NCBI GenBank assembly: GCA_049314535.1
Contig: JBMOEX010000002.1
Location: 1 to 40,738 of the forward strand
DNA from: Vampirovibrionia bacterium
GTDB lineage: Bacteria > Cyanobacteriota > Vampirovibrionia > LMEP-6097
DNA length: 40,738 nucleotides
Reading direction: 5' to 3'
A program made the translations under genes and the position numbers. Under the pieces are notes generated by a model. It did no database searches. It was given only the letters and a program-made list of their open reading frames with translations, and was not told where the DNA came from. Shown one piece after another: positions 9,961 to 18,095 of this stretch (its first letter is position 1; each line of letters begins with the position of its first letter).

Positions 9961-10077
9961 GCAAAAGACTATTCTAATACTAAAATAAAACAGAAGGGGG
10001 AAAATCGATAATCGAAGATAGTACTCATTTTAAAAAAGCCGCAGGACGCCTGTCAGAGAATATTTTAGAATAAAAAT

Positions 10078-11514
10078 TTAATTAAGCCCTGCACCAAAAA
10101 CCGAAATCTTAGTGTTTAAAAGCTTCTTTATAACTTCATCCTTCAAATCCTCACCAATAAAGCCTTCCGCCTCTAAATCTTTTATCATCTTTAAAAATTT
10201 CTTACTGGTTTTTTTAGTAAGACTACTATCTATCAGAGTATTTTTTATCATCTCGATAGAACCTAGATCTATCGAATTAATTCCAGGTACAGCAGTACGA
10301 GTAACACTCAGCTTCTGCTTTTCACATATTTCTCTTAAAAATTTTACTTCAAGAGGAGTTACCACTGAAAAAGCATAACCCGACTTACCAGCTCTAGCAG
10401 TCCTACCAATACGATGCACATAATCCTCAGAATCCCGTGGCAGATTATAGTTTATAACAGCTTCTATATCATCTACATCTATACCTCGTGCTGCTATATC
10501 AGTAGCGATAAGAATCTGAGCCTCACCTTCTCTAAATTTACGCATTACAGCATCACGTTTATTCTGCTTTAAGTCACCATGTAAATTCGCTACACTGAAG
10601 CCCTCATCTTTAAGCGTATAGTAAAGTTTATCTACTTGCACCCTAGTATTACAAAAAATCATCACAGAACGCAGTCTGTATGAGAATAGTAAACGCTTAA
10701 TCAGTTCTATCTTTTGCTCAGCCTTAGTCTCGAAATATTTCTGATCTATTTTAATCTCTGTGACCTTCTTCTTAACTAAATTTAAAAATTCAGGTTTTTT
10801 CTGATGCTTATGAGCAAGCCTAACTATCTCCTGTGGCATAGTCGCAGAGAAGAGAGCTGTCTGTTCACGATTCTTAGTCGCATGTAAAATCGCTTCGATA
10901 TCATCTTTAAAACCCATTTCCAGCATCTTATCTGCTTCATCTAGAATCAAGGTTCTAACTGCTCTTAACTTTACAGTTCCTTGCTTAATATGATCTAATA
11001 GACGCCCAGGTGTAGCTACGATAATACGTGGCTGAGTTTTTAAAGTCTTAAGCTGTGCGTTCATACTCTGACCACCATATATAGCCATGCAAGAAACATC
11101 TTCACGGGACTGCTTGCAACCTTCAATTTCTGCGTTTTCGTCGTCCTCATGATCCTCATGTACCTTCAGTACACTGCGGTCATTCGTCCTTCTCAGCCTT
11201 GAACTTGTAAGTTTGCGAGCAGTCCTATGATATTTAAGCAGTAAATTAAAATGCTCGGCTACTTGAATAGTAAGCTCACGGGTAGGACATAGTACTAAAG
11301 CTTGAATATCTACTGTCTCTTTAATTATTCTCTCTATAACAGGTATCGCAAAAGCGGCTGTCTTACCAGTTCCAGTCTCAGCTTGAACTGTAATATCCTT
11401 CATTTTAAGCATTAATGGAATAGCTTTCTCTTGAACTGGTGTCATAGACTGGAACCCCATATCCCTTAATCCATTTAATGTAAGCTCAGAAAGATTTATT
11501 GCCTTGAAGTTCAT
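10078..11514 (-). CDS. DEAD-box ATP-dependent RNA helicase carrying an in-frame repeat-element insert
   Basis: Q-motif region, AETGTGKT (motif I), PTRELT (Ia), TPGRL (Ib), DEAD (II), SAT (III) and HRIGRTARAG (VI). About 40 extra residues lie between Ia and the GG doublet and are encoded by the repeat at 11107-11225. Confidence 0.9.
   Translation of the reverse strand: MNFKAINLSELTLNGLRDMGFQSMTPVQEKAIPLMLKMKDITVQAETGTGKTAAFAIPVIERIIKETVDIQALVLCPTRELTIQVAEHFNLLLKYHRTARKLTSSRLRRTNDRSVLKVHEDHEDDENAEIEGCKQSREDVSCMAIYGGQSMNAQLKTLKTQPRIIVATPGRLLDHIKQGTVKLRAVRTLILDEADKMLEMGFKDDIEAILHATKNREQTALFSATMPQEIVRLAHKHQKKPEFLNLVKKKVTEIKIDQKYFETKAEQKIELIKRLLFSYRLRSVMIFCNTRVQVDKLYYTLKDEGFSVANLHGDLKQNKRDAVMRKFREGEAQILIATDIAARGIDVDDIEAVINYNLPRDSEDYVHRIGRTARAGKSGYAFSVVTPLEVKFLREICEKQKLSVTRTAVPGINSIDLGSIEMIKNTLIDSSLTKKTSKKFLKMIKDLEAEGFIGEDLKDEVIKKLLNTKISVFGAGLN
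11107..11225 (-). repeat. full L+R palindromic repeat element (short form), in-frame inside the helicase CDS
   Basis: The core differs from the ribH copy at about 3-4 of about 87 positions by hand alignment. Arms are GGACTGCTTGCAA / TTTGCGAGCAGTCC. It encodes TARKLTSSRLRRTNDRSVLKVHEDHEDDENAEIEGCKQS. Confidence 0.85.
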
Positions 11515-11589
11515 TTAAACTATCATAGCTTGTTCTTTGCTTGGAGAAAAATAGAGCCCTGCTGTATCTCTATGTTAAAATCCTAAATG

Positions 11590-11680
11590 TTACTGGGGTG
11601 TTGAGAAATAACTTGACTGAGATCGTAGTAGGCTACGGGACCCTTATAACCTGATCTGGATAATGCCAGCGGAGGGAAAA
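11590..11680 (+). ncRNA. TPP (THI-box) riboswitch
   Basis: ACTGGGGTG...GACTGAGATCG...ACCCTTATAACCTGATCTGGATAATGCCAGCGGAGGGAA carries the conserved CUGAGA and ACCUGAUCUGGAUAAUGCCAGCG cores. It ends at the GGAGGG Shine-Dalgarno, 7 nt before the ATG at 11683. Confidence 0.85.
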
Positions 11681-11682
11681 TA

Positions 11683-12051
11683 ATGCTTGGACGAATTCTT
11701 AGTTTCTTGTCGCCGACTGTAAACTCGGCTCAACTTAATAAATTTGATGATCAACATGTTAATGCTGATATATGCTTGACTCCTATGGGTTCTTCGAATA
11801 CTTCAACTAGAGCCGAGATAAGAAAAGCTGTGGAAATAATGTCAAGAGCTGGTTTTGATGAAGTCAAACCACATGCTTTTGGAACTAATGTTTCAGGAAA
11901 ATGGTCTACTTTAGTAAGGTCTATAGAAAAAATTTCAGAGCAACTACTCCCTGAATGCCAAAGGCTACATTTTGATCTTAGAATTTCAGTAAGAGAGGAT
12001 AAACCTAAACATAGACAGACTATTGGACATACGATAGCAGCTGTGGCGTAA
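11683..12051 (+). CDS. YkoF/MTH1187-family (thiamine-binding, DUF77-like) protein
   Basis: It sits immediately downstream of the TPP riboswitch. The small protein has an ICLTPMG...AVEIMSRAGF...HAFGTNVSGKW pattern, like the V-x-P-x-G...G-T-x-x-E-G layout of the family. The assignment is partly by context. Confidence 0.55.
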   Translation: MLGRILSFLSPTVNSAQLNKFDDQHVNADICLTPMGSSNTSTRAEIRKAVEIMSRAGFDEVKPHAFGTNVSGKWSTLVRSIEKISEQLLPECQRLHFDLRISVREDKPKHRQTIGHTIAAVA

Positions 12052-12101
12052 CAGTCATTCATCCTCCTCAGCCTTGAACTTGCACCCTCGGCAACAGTGC
12101 C
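12052..12101 (-). repeat. solo R module of the repeat family, intergenic, starting 1 nt after the ykoF-like stop codon
   Basis: ACAGTCATTCATCCTCCTCAGCCTTGAACTTGCACCCTCGGCAACAGTGCC compared with canonical GCGGTCATTCGTCCTCCTCAGCCTTGAACTTGCACGTTCGCAAGCAGTGCC. Confidence 0.8.
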
Positions 12102-12142
12102 TTGAACAGTAGTTTCCAAGAAAGTAATATAATAAAGGCTGA

Positions 12143-12817
12143 ATGCTAAATTTAAAAAATAAATTAATCTATATCTTAGCTTTTAGCCTTTTTCTAGCTC
12201 TAAACACTACAGCAGCAGAGACTGTCACAGAGAAACTTTCAGCCACAGCCTCAAAAACCATTGATATCGCAGCAGAGCAGAAAAGAATACAGAATATGTT
12301 TAATGCTTTTATAACGACTATCGGTAAGTCACCTAAAGACTACACTATAGAAGTAGTCGAATCAAAAGATATAAATGCTTTCGCCACTTTAGGACGGCGC
12401 ATAGTGGTTAATACTGAATTAATTAAAACTGTAAATAGTGAATCAGCTTTAGCTATGGTTCTTGCCCATGAATTAGGTCACCTCGAAAGAAAACATTTAG
12501 TAAAAAGCCTTATAAGCCAGAACACTTCAGCCTTAATCAAGCACTATGTCTTTAAAGATAATCGTATCGTGAGTGCGATAAGCTATGCTGGTGGTCTGCA
12601 TTACAGCAGGGAGACAGAAAAAGACGCAGATATGTTCGGCATAAACTTAGTAAACAAGCTCTACTGTAATGTTCCAGGTAAGTTAGAGTTTTTTGAAAAG
12701 ATGTCTAAATTAGAGAATGCTGGGAAACTGCAAGAGTACTTTAGTACGCATCCGCTTTCTAGCAGTCGTATGGAATATCTTACTGCTGAGATTAAGGCTA
12801 AGGGGTGTCTTCTATAA
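12143..12817 (+). CDS. M48-family zinc metallopeptidase (exported)
   Basis: Signal-like N-terminus. HELGHLERKH is an HExxH motif, and a downstream EKDAD fits the third ligand region. Confidence 0.75.
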   Translation: MLNLKNKLIYILAFSLFLALNTTAAETVTEKLSATASKTIDIAAEQKRIQNMFNAFITTIGKSPKDYTIEVVESKDINAFATLGRRIVVNTELIKTVNSESALAMVLAHELGHLERKHLVKSLISQNTSALIKHYVFKDNRIVSAISYAGGLHYSRETEKDADMFGINLVNKLYCNVPGKLEFFEKMSKLENAGKLQEYFSTHPLSSSRMEYLTAEIKAKGCLL

Positions 12818-13462
12818 CCCCAAAACCTGCAAACAAGACAAAGCAAGCTCTTTACCCTTATCATCCTGAGTAACACTCGCTCTTGATAAAGCCTGCTCTT
12901 CAGTATTTACTGTAAGAACCCCATTAATAATCGGTTTCGAGTAATCTAACATCACGTCCATAATGCCTCTTGCTGACTCATTCGCCACTATCTCAAAATG
13001 ATAAGTTTCACCACGAATAATAGTTGCAAAGCAAATTATTGCATGATAACCAGTAAAACTATCATGAGACTGTTTCCAAACTACAATTTCTGCGTTTTCG
13101 TCGTCCTCATGATCCTCATGTACCTTCAGTACACTGCGGTCATTCGTCCTCCTCAGCCTTGAACTTGCACGCTTGGAAACAGTCTCATCATCTATATCAA
13201 GAATCTCATCCTCTAAATCCTTCTCAAAGAGCTTCTGGCAGGCATAAGGCATCTCAAAAGCACCAGGAGTGTAATAACTATCTATATTTTCAGCTCTAAT
13301 ACCAAATTTAATTAAAGTCTCTTTAGCTGAATCTGCCATTTCCTGGTTATAGCCTATATTCCAGTTAGCGATAACTAGAGCTATCCTGATATTCTCAAGA
13401 TAAAGGTTTTCAAGTATTTCTTCTAATTTAAATTCTGGTCTTGAGTGTCGCATATGATGCAT
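12812..13462 (-). CDS. ribH: 6,7-dimethyl-8-ribityllumazine synthase carrying an in-frame repeat-element insert
   Basis: IALVIANWN, PGAFEMPYA, IIRGETYHFEIVANE and NGVLTV match RibH. At 216 aa it is longer than the usual 155 or so, and the excess maps to the repeat at 13064-13188. Confidence 0.85.
   Translation of the reverse strand: MHHMRHSRPEFKLEEILENLYLENIRIALVIANWNIGYNQEMADSAKETLIKFGIRAENIDSYYTPGAFEMPYACQKLFEKDLEDEILDIDDETVSKRASSRLRRTNDRSVLKVHEDHEDDENAEIVVWKQSHDSFTGYHAIICFATIIRGETYHFEIVANESARGIMDVMLDYSKPIINGVLTVNTEEQALSRASVTQDDKGKELALSCLQVLGL
13064..13188 (-). repeat. full L+R palindromic repeat element (short form), in-frame inside ribH
   Basis: Perfect 16-nt inverted arms ATGAGACTGTTTCCAA / TTGGAAACAGTCTCAT flank the conserved core. 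It encodes ETVSKRASSRLRRTNDRSVLKVHEDHEDDENAEIVVWKQSH. Confidence 0.9.
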
Positions 13463-13468
13463 CCTAGC

Positions 13469-14860
13469 CTAAACGAACTCTCCACGCAAGGCCCAAGGAT
13501 TAGTCTTAGTAATCCTCACATCAGCAAAAGCTCCAATATATTTATCATGCAAAGCTGGATCACACTCTATGTTCACAGTTTTATTATTAAAAATTCTGCC
13601 CGTTAGCCTATCTGGGTTACGCACTGATTTACCCTCGACTAAGACTTTCTCTATCTTACCTACATACCTTAAAGCCTGTTTCTCAGCGACTTCCGTGCAA
13701 ATCGCATTTAAAAGTCTGATTCTTTCCTGCTTTTCAGCATGGGTAATATTATCTTCCCATTCAGCAGCTGGTGTAAATGGACGTTTAGAATAGATAGCAG
13801 TATTGCAGGCATCATAGCCCACTTCCTGAACGACTTTCACCGAATCCATAAACTGCTCATGAGTCTCACCAGGGAAGCCTACGATAATATCACCAGTAAT
13901 AGAAGCCTCTGGCATTAACTTACGAATATAATTCACTAGCTCCATATACCTAGCTACAGTATATCTACGAGCCATACGCTTAAGAACCTCATCATTACCA
14001 GCTTGTATCGGCACATGAAAATATTTAGAAACCTTAGGCAGCTCTGCTACTGTCTCTATAAGCTCATAGGTCATATCACAGGGGTGTGATGTTAAAAATT
14101 TAATTCGCTCAATACCATCTACCGTGTGAACTTCTCGCAGTAAGGCTGCTAGATTAGTCCCTATATCTAGGCCATAACCATCAACATTCTGCCCTAATAA
14201 TATAATCTCCTTAAAACCTTCAGCAGCTAAAGTCTGCACTTCAGATACTATATCGGCTGTAGATCTAGAACGCTGATCACCACGAGTTTTAGGCACTATA
14301 CAATAAGTACAGCGATAATTACAGCCATAGATAACATTCACCCAAGCGTAATATTTAGTTTTTCTAAAGATAGGAGTCTCTGGAATGTCGTCCGGCAACT
14401 CTTCCCAGATTTCAGCTACCTGAGGGCGGCTCGCATAGACACCTTTATTCTTAATAGCTGGCTCTACCCCATTTAAAAGATTAATCTGGTGCTTCGCTTC
14501 TGCCTCTAAAACTAAGTCTGGAAGACGATGTAAATTATGAGTACCGATAACTATATCAGCTGTTCTTACATCAGCAGCAAGTTTAGTCCCTTCCTGCTGT
14601 GGTACACAGCCGGCTAAAGCTATCATACTACCAGGCTTACGAGTTTTATCCCACTTGCCCATATAGCTTCGCATCTTATCTACAGCGTGTTCTCTGATAC
14701 TACAAGTATTTAGAATGGAAAGATCAGCTTCCATTCTATCTTCAGTTTGAACATAATCGATTTCATCTAAAAGCCCTAACATTCTTTCCGTGTCAGCGAC
14801 GTTCATTTGACAGCCTAGAGTCTCTATAAAAACTTTCTTTTTGGTTTTAGTAATCGACAT
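13469..14860 (-). CDS. miaB: tRNA-2-methylthio-N6-dimethylallyladenosine synthase
   Basis: N-terminal UPF0004 cysteines (GCQMN...C...GC), the radical-SAM box CNYRCTYCIVP and a C-terminal TRAM-like domain. Confidence 0.9.
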   Translation of the reverse strand: MSITKTKKKVFIETLGCQMNVADTERMLGLLDEIDYVQTEDRMEADLSILNTCSIREHAVDKMRSYMGKWDKTRKPGSMIALAGCVPQQEGTKLAADVRTADIVIGTHNLHRLPDLVLEAEAKHQINLLNGVEPAIKNKGVYASRPQVAEIWEELPDDIPETPIFRKTKYYAWVNVIYGCNYRCTYCIVPKTRGDQRSRSTADIVSEVQTLAAEGFKEIILLGQNVDGYGLDIGTNLAALLREVHTVDGIERIKFLTSHPCDMTYELIETVAELPKVSKYFHVPIQAGNDEVLKRMARRYTVARYMELVNYIRKLMPEASITGDIIVGFPGETHEQFMDSVKVVQEVGYDACNTAIYSKRPFTPAAEWEDNITHAEKQERIRLLNAICTEVAEKQALRYVGKIEKVLVEGKSVRNPDRLTGRIFNNKTVNIECDPALHDKYIGAFADVRITKTNPWALRGEFV

Positions 14861-14867
14861 TATTTAT

Positions 14868-17168
14868 TTAGACGAAAGTAGGTTCAAGAACTGGCTCTTT
14901 TTCAATCAACTGTACAGCTTGAATCGCAAGCTCCGTAATCTTTCTATCAAGACTACTAAGTTTAGATACCTGCTTGCACATATCAACAGTACGTCTCAGA
15001 GCTTTCAGAGCATCGCCATCATCTGCCCTATTAGAAGACATAAGCTCTTCCCAGCTTTGAGATTCCATCCACTTAGTAACTACAGCAGATACATCCATGT
15101 TTATATCAACAGGCTTCATTACTCTAAAATCACGCTGAACCTTCACTACACTTCTTGCGATATTTTTTAAATTCTCAAAAACCTCATAATTATCTGCCTG
15201 AGCCTTAAGACCGAAACTATCTCTAGAAGATCTTGATTCCACGACCACCGCAGATAGCAAACAAGCAAACTGAGTAACATCTAAATTTTTCACAAAATCT
15301 TTAGTTAAAACTTCAGTAATATATAAAGAGTTCTCAGAGCGAATCGCAGCACAGATTTTACCAAGTTCTGTAGGCTTATAATTACTATCTAAATATGCTT
15401 TCTCTTTTAAAAGCTCTGTAATATCTTGGAAATTCTGCCAGTAAGTCTCTTCTTTAGCCTTAAGAATCTGATTTAATTCTCTTATCTTTTTACGATAACG
15501 TCTTAAAGTAGAAAACTGCTTAGAACATGGCTTCTGTTTAGGACAGCCATTACAAGGGTAATTCTGAGCCTCTAGAGTTAATATCTCTAGAAGTTCCTCC
15601 ATCGCAGTAACATCTGGCGACATCTCTTCTTCTAGTTTTTTCTTACTCTTTCTCGTCTCATCAAGTTTATCTTGCATCGATCTATAATGCTGAAGATCCC
15701 CAATTTCACCTGGACACAGTGGTGTCTGCAAATCAAACTGCTTATTTTCAAGTAAACTCTTCTCAGCTAGTATCGGCTTAAGATCTCTTAGAATTAAAGA
15801 ATGACCAAAGCTTTTAAATATAAGTGCTTTTACCTCATCAAGAGAATGATTAGTGAGTAAGTTAAGAACCATCTCATAACTTGGTCTGAAATTACTTTCT
15901 ATGTCCTCAGCCTTAGAAACCGCTAAAGAAGCAGCATCCCCTGCTGTCTGATTACTGTTCTTAACAGTAATTACATAACCAACATCGTCCATACCTCTTC
16001 TACCAGCACGTCCAGACATTTGAAGAAACTCAGAAGCTTTCAGAGACCTGAATCCATGATCACCCATCTTCTCAAGACTACTAATAATAGTGGTTCTCGC
16101 TGGCATATTAATACCTGCTGCTAGTGTTTCAGTAGAGAAGACTATTTTAATAAGCCCTTTCGTAAATAAATCTTCGATTAATACTTTTAAAGCTGGTAAT
16201 AGACCTGAATGATGCGAAGCCACGCCTTTACGAATAAGATTTAAATGTGGGTAATTCGCTATAAAACTACTAGATTTAATCTGTTCATCTATGATTTTAT
16301 TTAATTCATCAGATTCTTTTTCAGTAAGTAACTTAAGCTCCTCACACTGCTTAGCGTAATTATCACAGCCTTTTCTACTAAAGACAAAATAAATAGCAGG
16401 TAGCATGCTCTTTTTAGCTAATTCTTCTACTACTAAATCTGGGGAAACTGGCTTACCAAAACCACCACCACGATGAGAGAATTTATGCTTAGAGCCAGAG
16501 CGATTATCATTCCTTTCTTTAAGCTTCGGATTTAACTTACCATTAGGGGTAATTAAAGGAAGAAGCTGCTCATCTTTAAAATAAAAATGATGCAGTGGCA
16601 CTGGTCTAAAATCAGTCTTAACTAGAGCGCACTCTCCATGCACATTAGAGATCCAGTCTCTAAGTTCTTCAGGATTATTAATAGTCGCAGATAAAGCAAT
16701 TAATTTAACTGATTTAGGGCTATATATTACACTTTCTTCCCAAACAGTTCCTCTTGACTCATCACCAATATAATGAAATTCATCAAAAATAACAAACTTT
16801 AAATCTTCAAGATAAGGATCTAAAGATCCAAATGTGGTGCCATAAAGCATATTACGGTAAATTTCATTCGTAAGAACCATAATCTGAGCATCTCTATTTT
16901 TAGAGGTATCGCCAGTAAGTATGCCAACCTTCTCAATTCCGTAATCTCTTTGAAATTCTAAAAATTTCTGATTAATTAAAGCCTTTAGAGGAGCTGTATA
17001 AAATACTTTTTTACCTTCCGCTATAGCCATCGCAATAGCCTCTGAGGCTATCGCTGTTTTACCTGCACCAGTAGGTGCACTAACGATTAAATTTTTTGAG
17101 TCCTTAATAAAAGCTATCGACTCTTCTTGAAAAGCATCAAGCTTGAACTTCGTCTTAGTTATTACCAT
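14868..17168 (-). CDS. Ski2-like DExH-box helicase (HelY-type)
   Basis: APTGAGKT, DEFHYIGDESRGTVWEE, SAT, and QMSGRAGRRGMDDVGY. Confidence 0.8.
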   Translation of the reverse strand: MVITKTKFKLDAFQEESIAFIKDSKNLIVSAPTGAGKTAIASEAIAMAIAEGKKVFYTAPLKALINQKFLEFQRDYGIEKVGILTGDTSKNRDAQIMVLTNEIYRNMLYGTTFGSLDPYLEDLKFVIFDEFHYIGDESRGTVWEESVIYSPKSVKLIALSATINNPEELRDWISNVHGECALVKTDFRPVPLHHFYFKDEQLLPLITPNGKLNPKLKERNDNRSGSKHKFSHRGGGFGKPVSPDLVVEELAKKSMLPAIYFVFSRKGCDNYAKQCEELKLLTEKESDELNKIIDEQIKSSSFIANYPHLNLIRKGVASHHSGLLPALKVLIEDLFTKGLIKIVFSTETLAAGINMPARTTIISSLEKMGDHGFRSLKASEFLQMSGRAGRRGMDDVGYVITVKNSNQTAGDAASLAVSKAEDIESNFRPSYEMVLNLLTNHSLDEVKALIFKSFGHSLILRDLKPILAEKSLLENKQFDLQTPLCPGEIGDLQHYRSMQDKLDETRKSKKKLEEEMSPDVTAMEELLEILTLEAQNYPCNGCPKQKPCSKQFSTLRRYRKKIRELNQILKAKEETYWQNFQDITELLKEKAYLDSNYKPTELGKICAAIRSENSLYITEVLTKDFVKNLDVTQFACLLSAVVVESRSSRDSFGLKAQADNYEVFENLKNIARSVVKVQRDFRVMKPVDINMDVSAVVTKWMESQSWEELMSSNRADDGDALKALRRTVDMCKQVSKLSSLDRKITELAIQAVQLIEKEPVLEPTFV

Positions 17169-17258
17169 TTAGCAAATCCAAATTCCTTGTATAAACACTA
17201 TTATTCATGTTTATTTTTAGCATGGATAATGAAAAAGAACTAACTAGTCAAGCTTTTT

Positions 17259-18011
17259 TTAAGTATTAGATTTTTTTAAATCACTAAAATCGTAAGGATT
17301 ATAGCCATTAATAAAACCACCATTTAGACTCACGCTACGAGCGCTAAAAGGGCATAAATATCCGTATTTAACACCAGTAGTAAAACCTTTCGCAGCACCG
17401 CTCAAAGCCCCAGCAACAGCTCCTACACCAAGACCGCTTACATTTCCAGCAGCCTCACCTAAAAGCCCAGGACCCATATACTCAGAGAAACCATCTGCAT
17501 AAACTATCGCCTTCGACAGGCTGCCTCTAACAGCTCCGATAGGTGTACCAGCAGCTATGCCGACAGGAACCCCCACTAAAGTACCGAAAACTCTGTGAAA
17601 AATACTAGTATCTTCATCAGCCTTCGCAACTTCAGGCTTAAGCTCAACTTTCGGAGCGACTGGTGGTGTTATCGCAAGCAAATCAGCCTTCGCCTTATAT
17701 TCACCAACTTTTCTATTTAATTCTTGATTCTCGCCTCTTAAACTAATAAGAGATCCATCTAACTGAGCCTTATCACGATAACAATCATTACATTTTTGGT
17801 TAGCAGAATCTAAATCCGTCCTTAATTTTCTGGCTTCAGCCTGCTGATCAAGATAAAGATTTTTATACTCATCAGCATTAAGCCTTGCGCGCTCAAGTTC
17901 ATTTCTCAAATCTGAACTTAAATCCGTCATCGGTCTCGGTAAACCACCAGCAAAAGCTGAGTGCTGAGACCCCAATGCCAAAAATACTAAACATAATATT
18001 ATTTTTTTCAT
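17259..18011 (-). CDS. secreted coiled-coil / glycine-zipper protein (paralogue of 1130..1810)
   Basis: Signal peptide (LVFLALGSQHSAFA), a coiled-coil-like middle, then VGVPVGIAAGTPIGAVRGSLSK and further Gly-zipper runs. The tail PFSARSVSLNGG...YDF parallels PFSLKSISSEG...FDSYD of the other copy. Confidence 0.6.
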   Translation of the reverse strand: MKKIILCLVFLALGSQHSAFAGGLPRPMTDLSSDLRNELERARLNADEYKNLYLDQQAEARKLRTDLDSANQKCNDCYRDKAQLDGSLISLRGENQELNRKVGEYKAKADLLAITPPVAPKVELKPEVAKADEDTSIFHRVFGTLVGVPVGIAAGTPIGAVRGSLSKAIVYADGFSEYMGPGLLGEAAGNVSGLGVGAVAGALSGAAKGFTTGVKYGYLCPFSARSVSLNGGFINGYNPYDFSDLKKSNT

Positions 18012-18095
18012 ATAAACACAATTATCTTACCATGTCAAAATGGTGCTAATTTCTTATACCCATAGAGACTGAAAATGACAGCAAAGGTTCCCAAT

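Noticed and set aside
11556-11566. The 11-mer AGCCCTGCTGT shared with the terminator stem at 40702
   Set aside because: It is a single short match with no extended similarity or shared context.
11751-12119. A 122-aa minus-strand ORF antisense to the ykoF-like gene
   Set aside because: It overlaps the riboswitch-controlled gene completely. Its N-terminal part is only the open frame of the solo R repeat module (SSRLRRMND). It has no motif or RBS support and is an artefact of the repeat's stop-free frame.
11107-13188. Inteins or self-splicing introns as an explanation for the in-frame inserts
   Set aside because: The inserts are about 36-260 nt, far below intein size (over 130 aa with conserved splicing blocks, and here no Cys/Ser/Thr...HN junction residues) and below group I/II intron sizes. 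They are stop-free in the host frame. Retention as extra peptide is the simplest reading, although RNA-level removal cannot be excluded without data.
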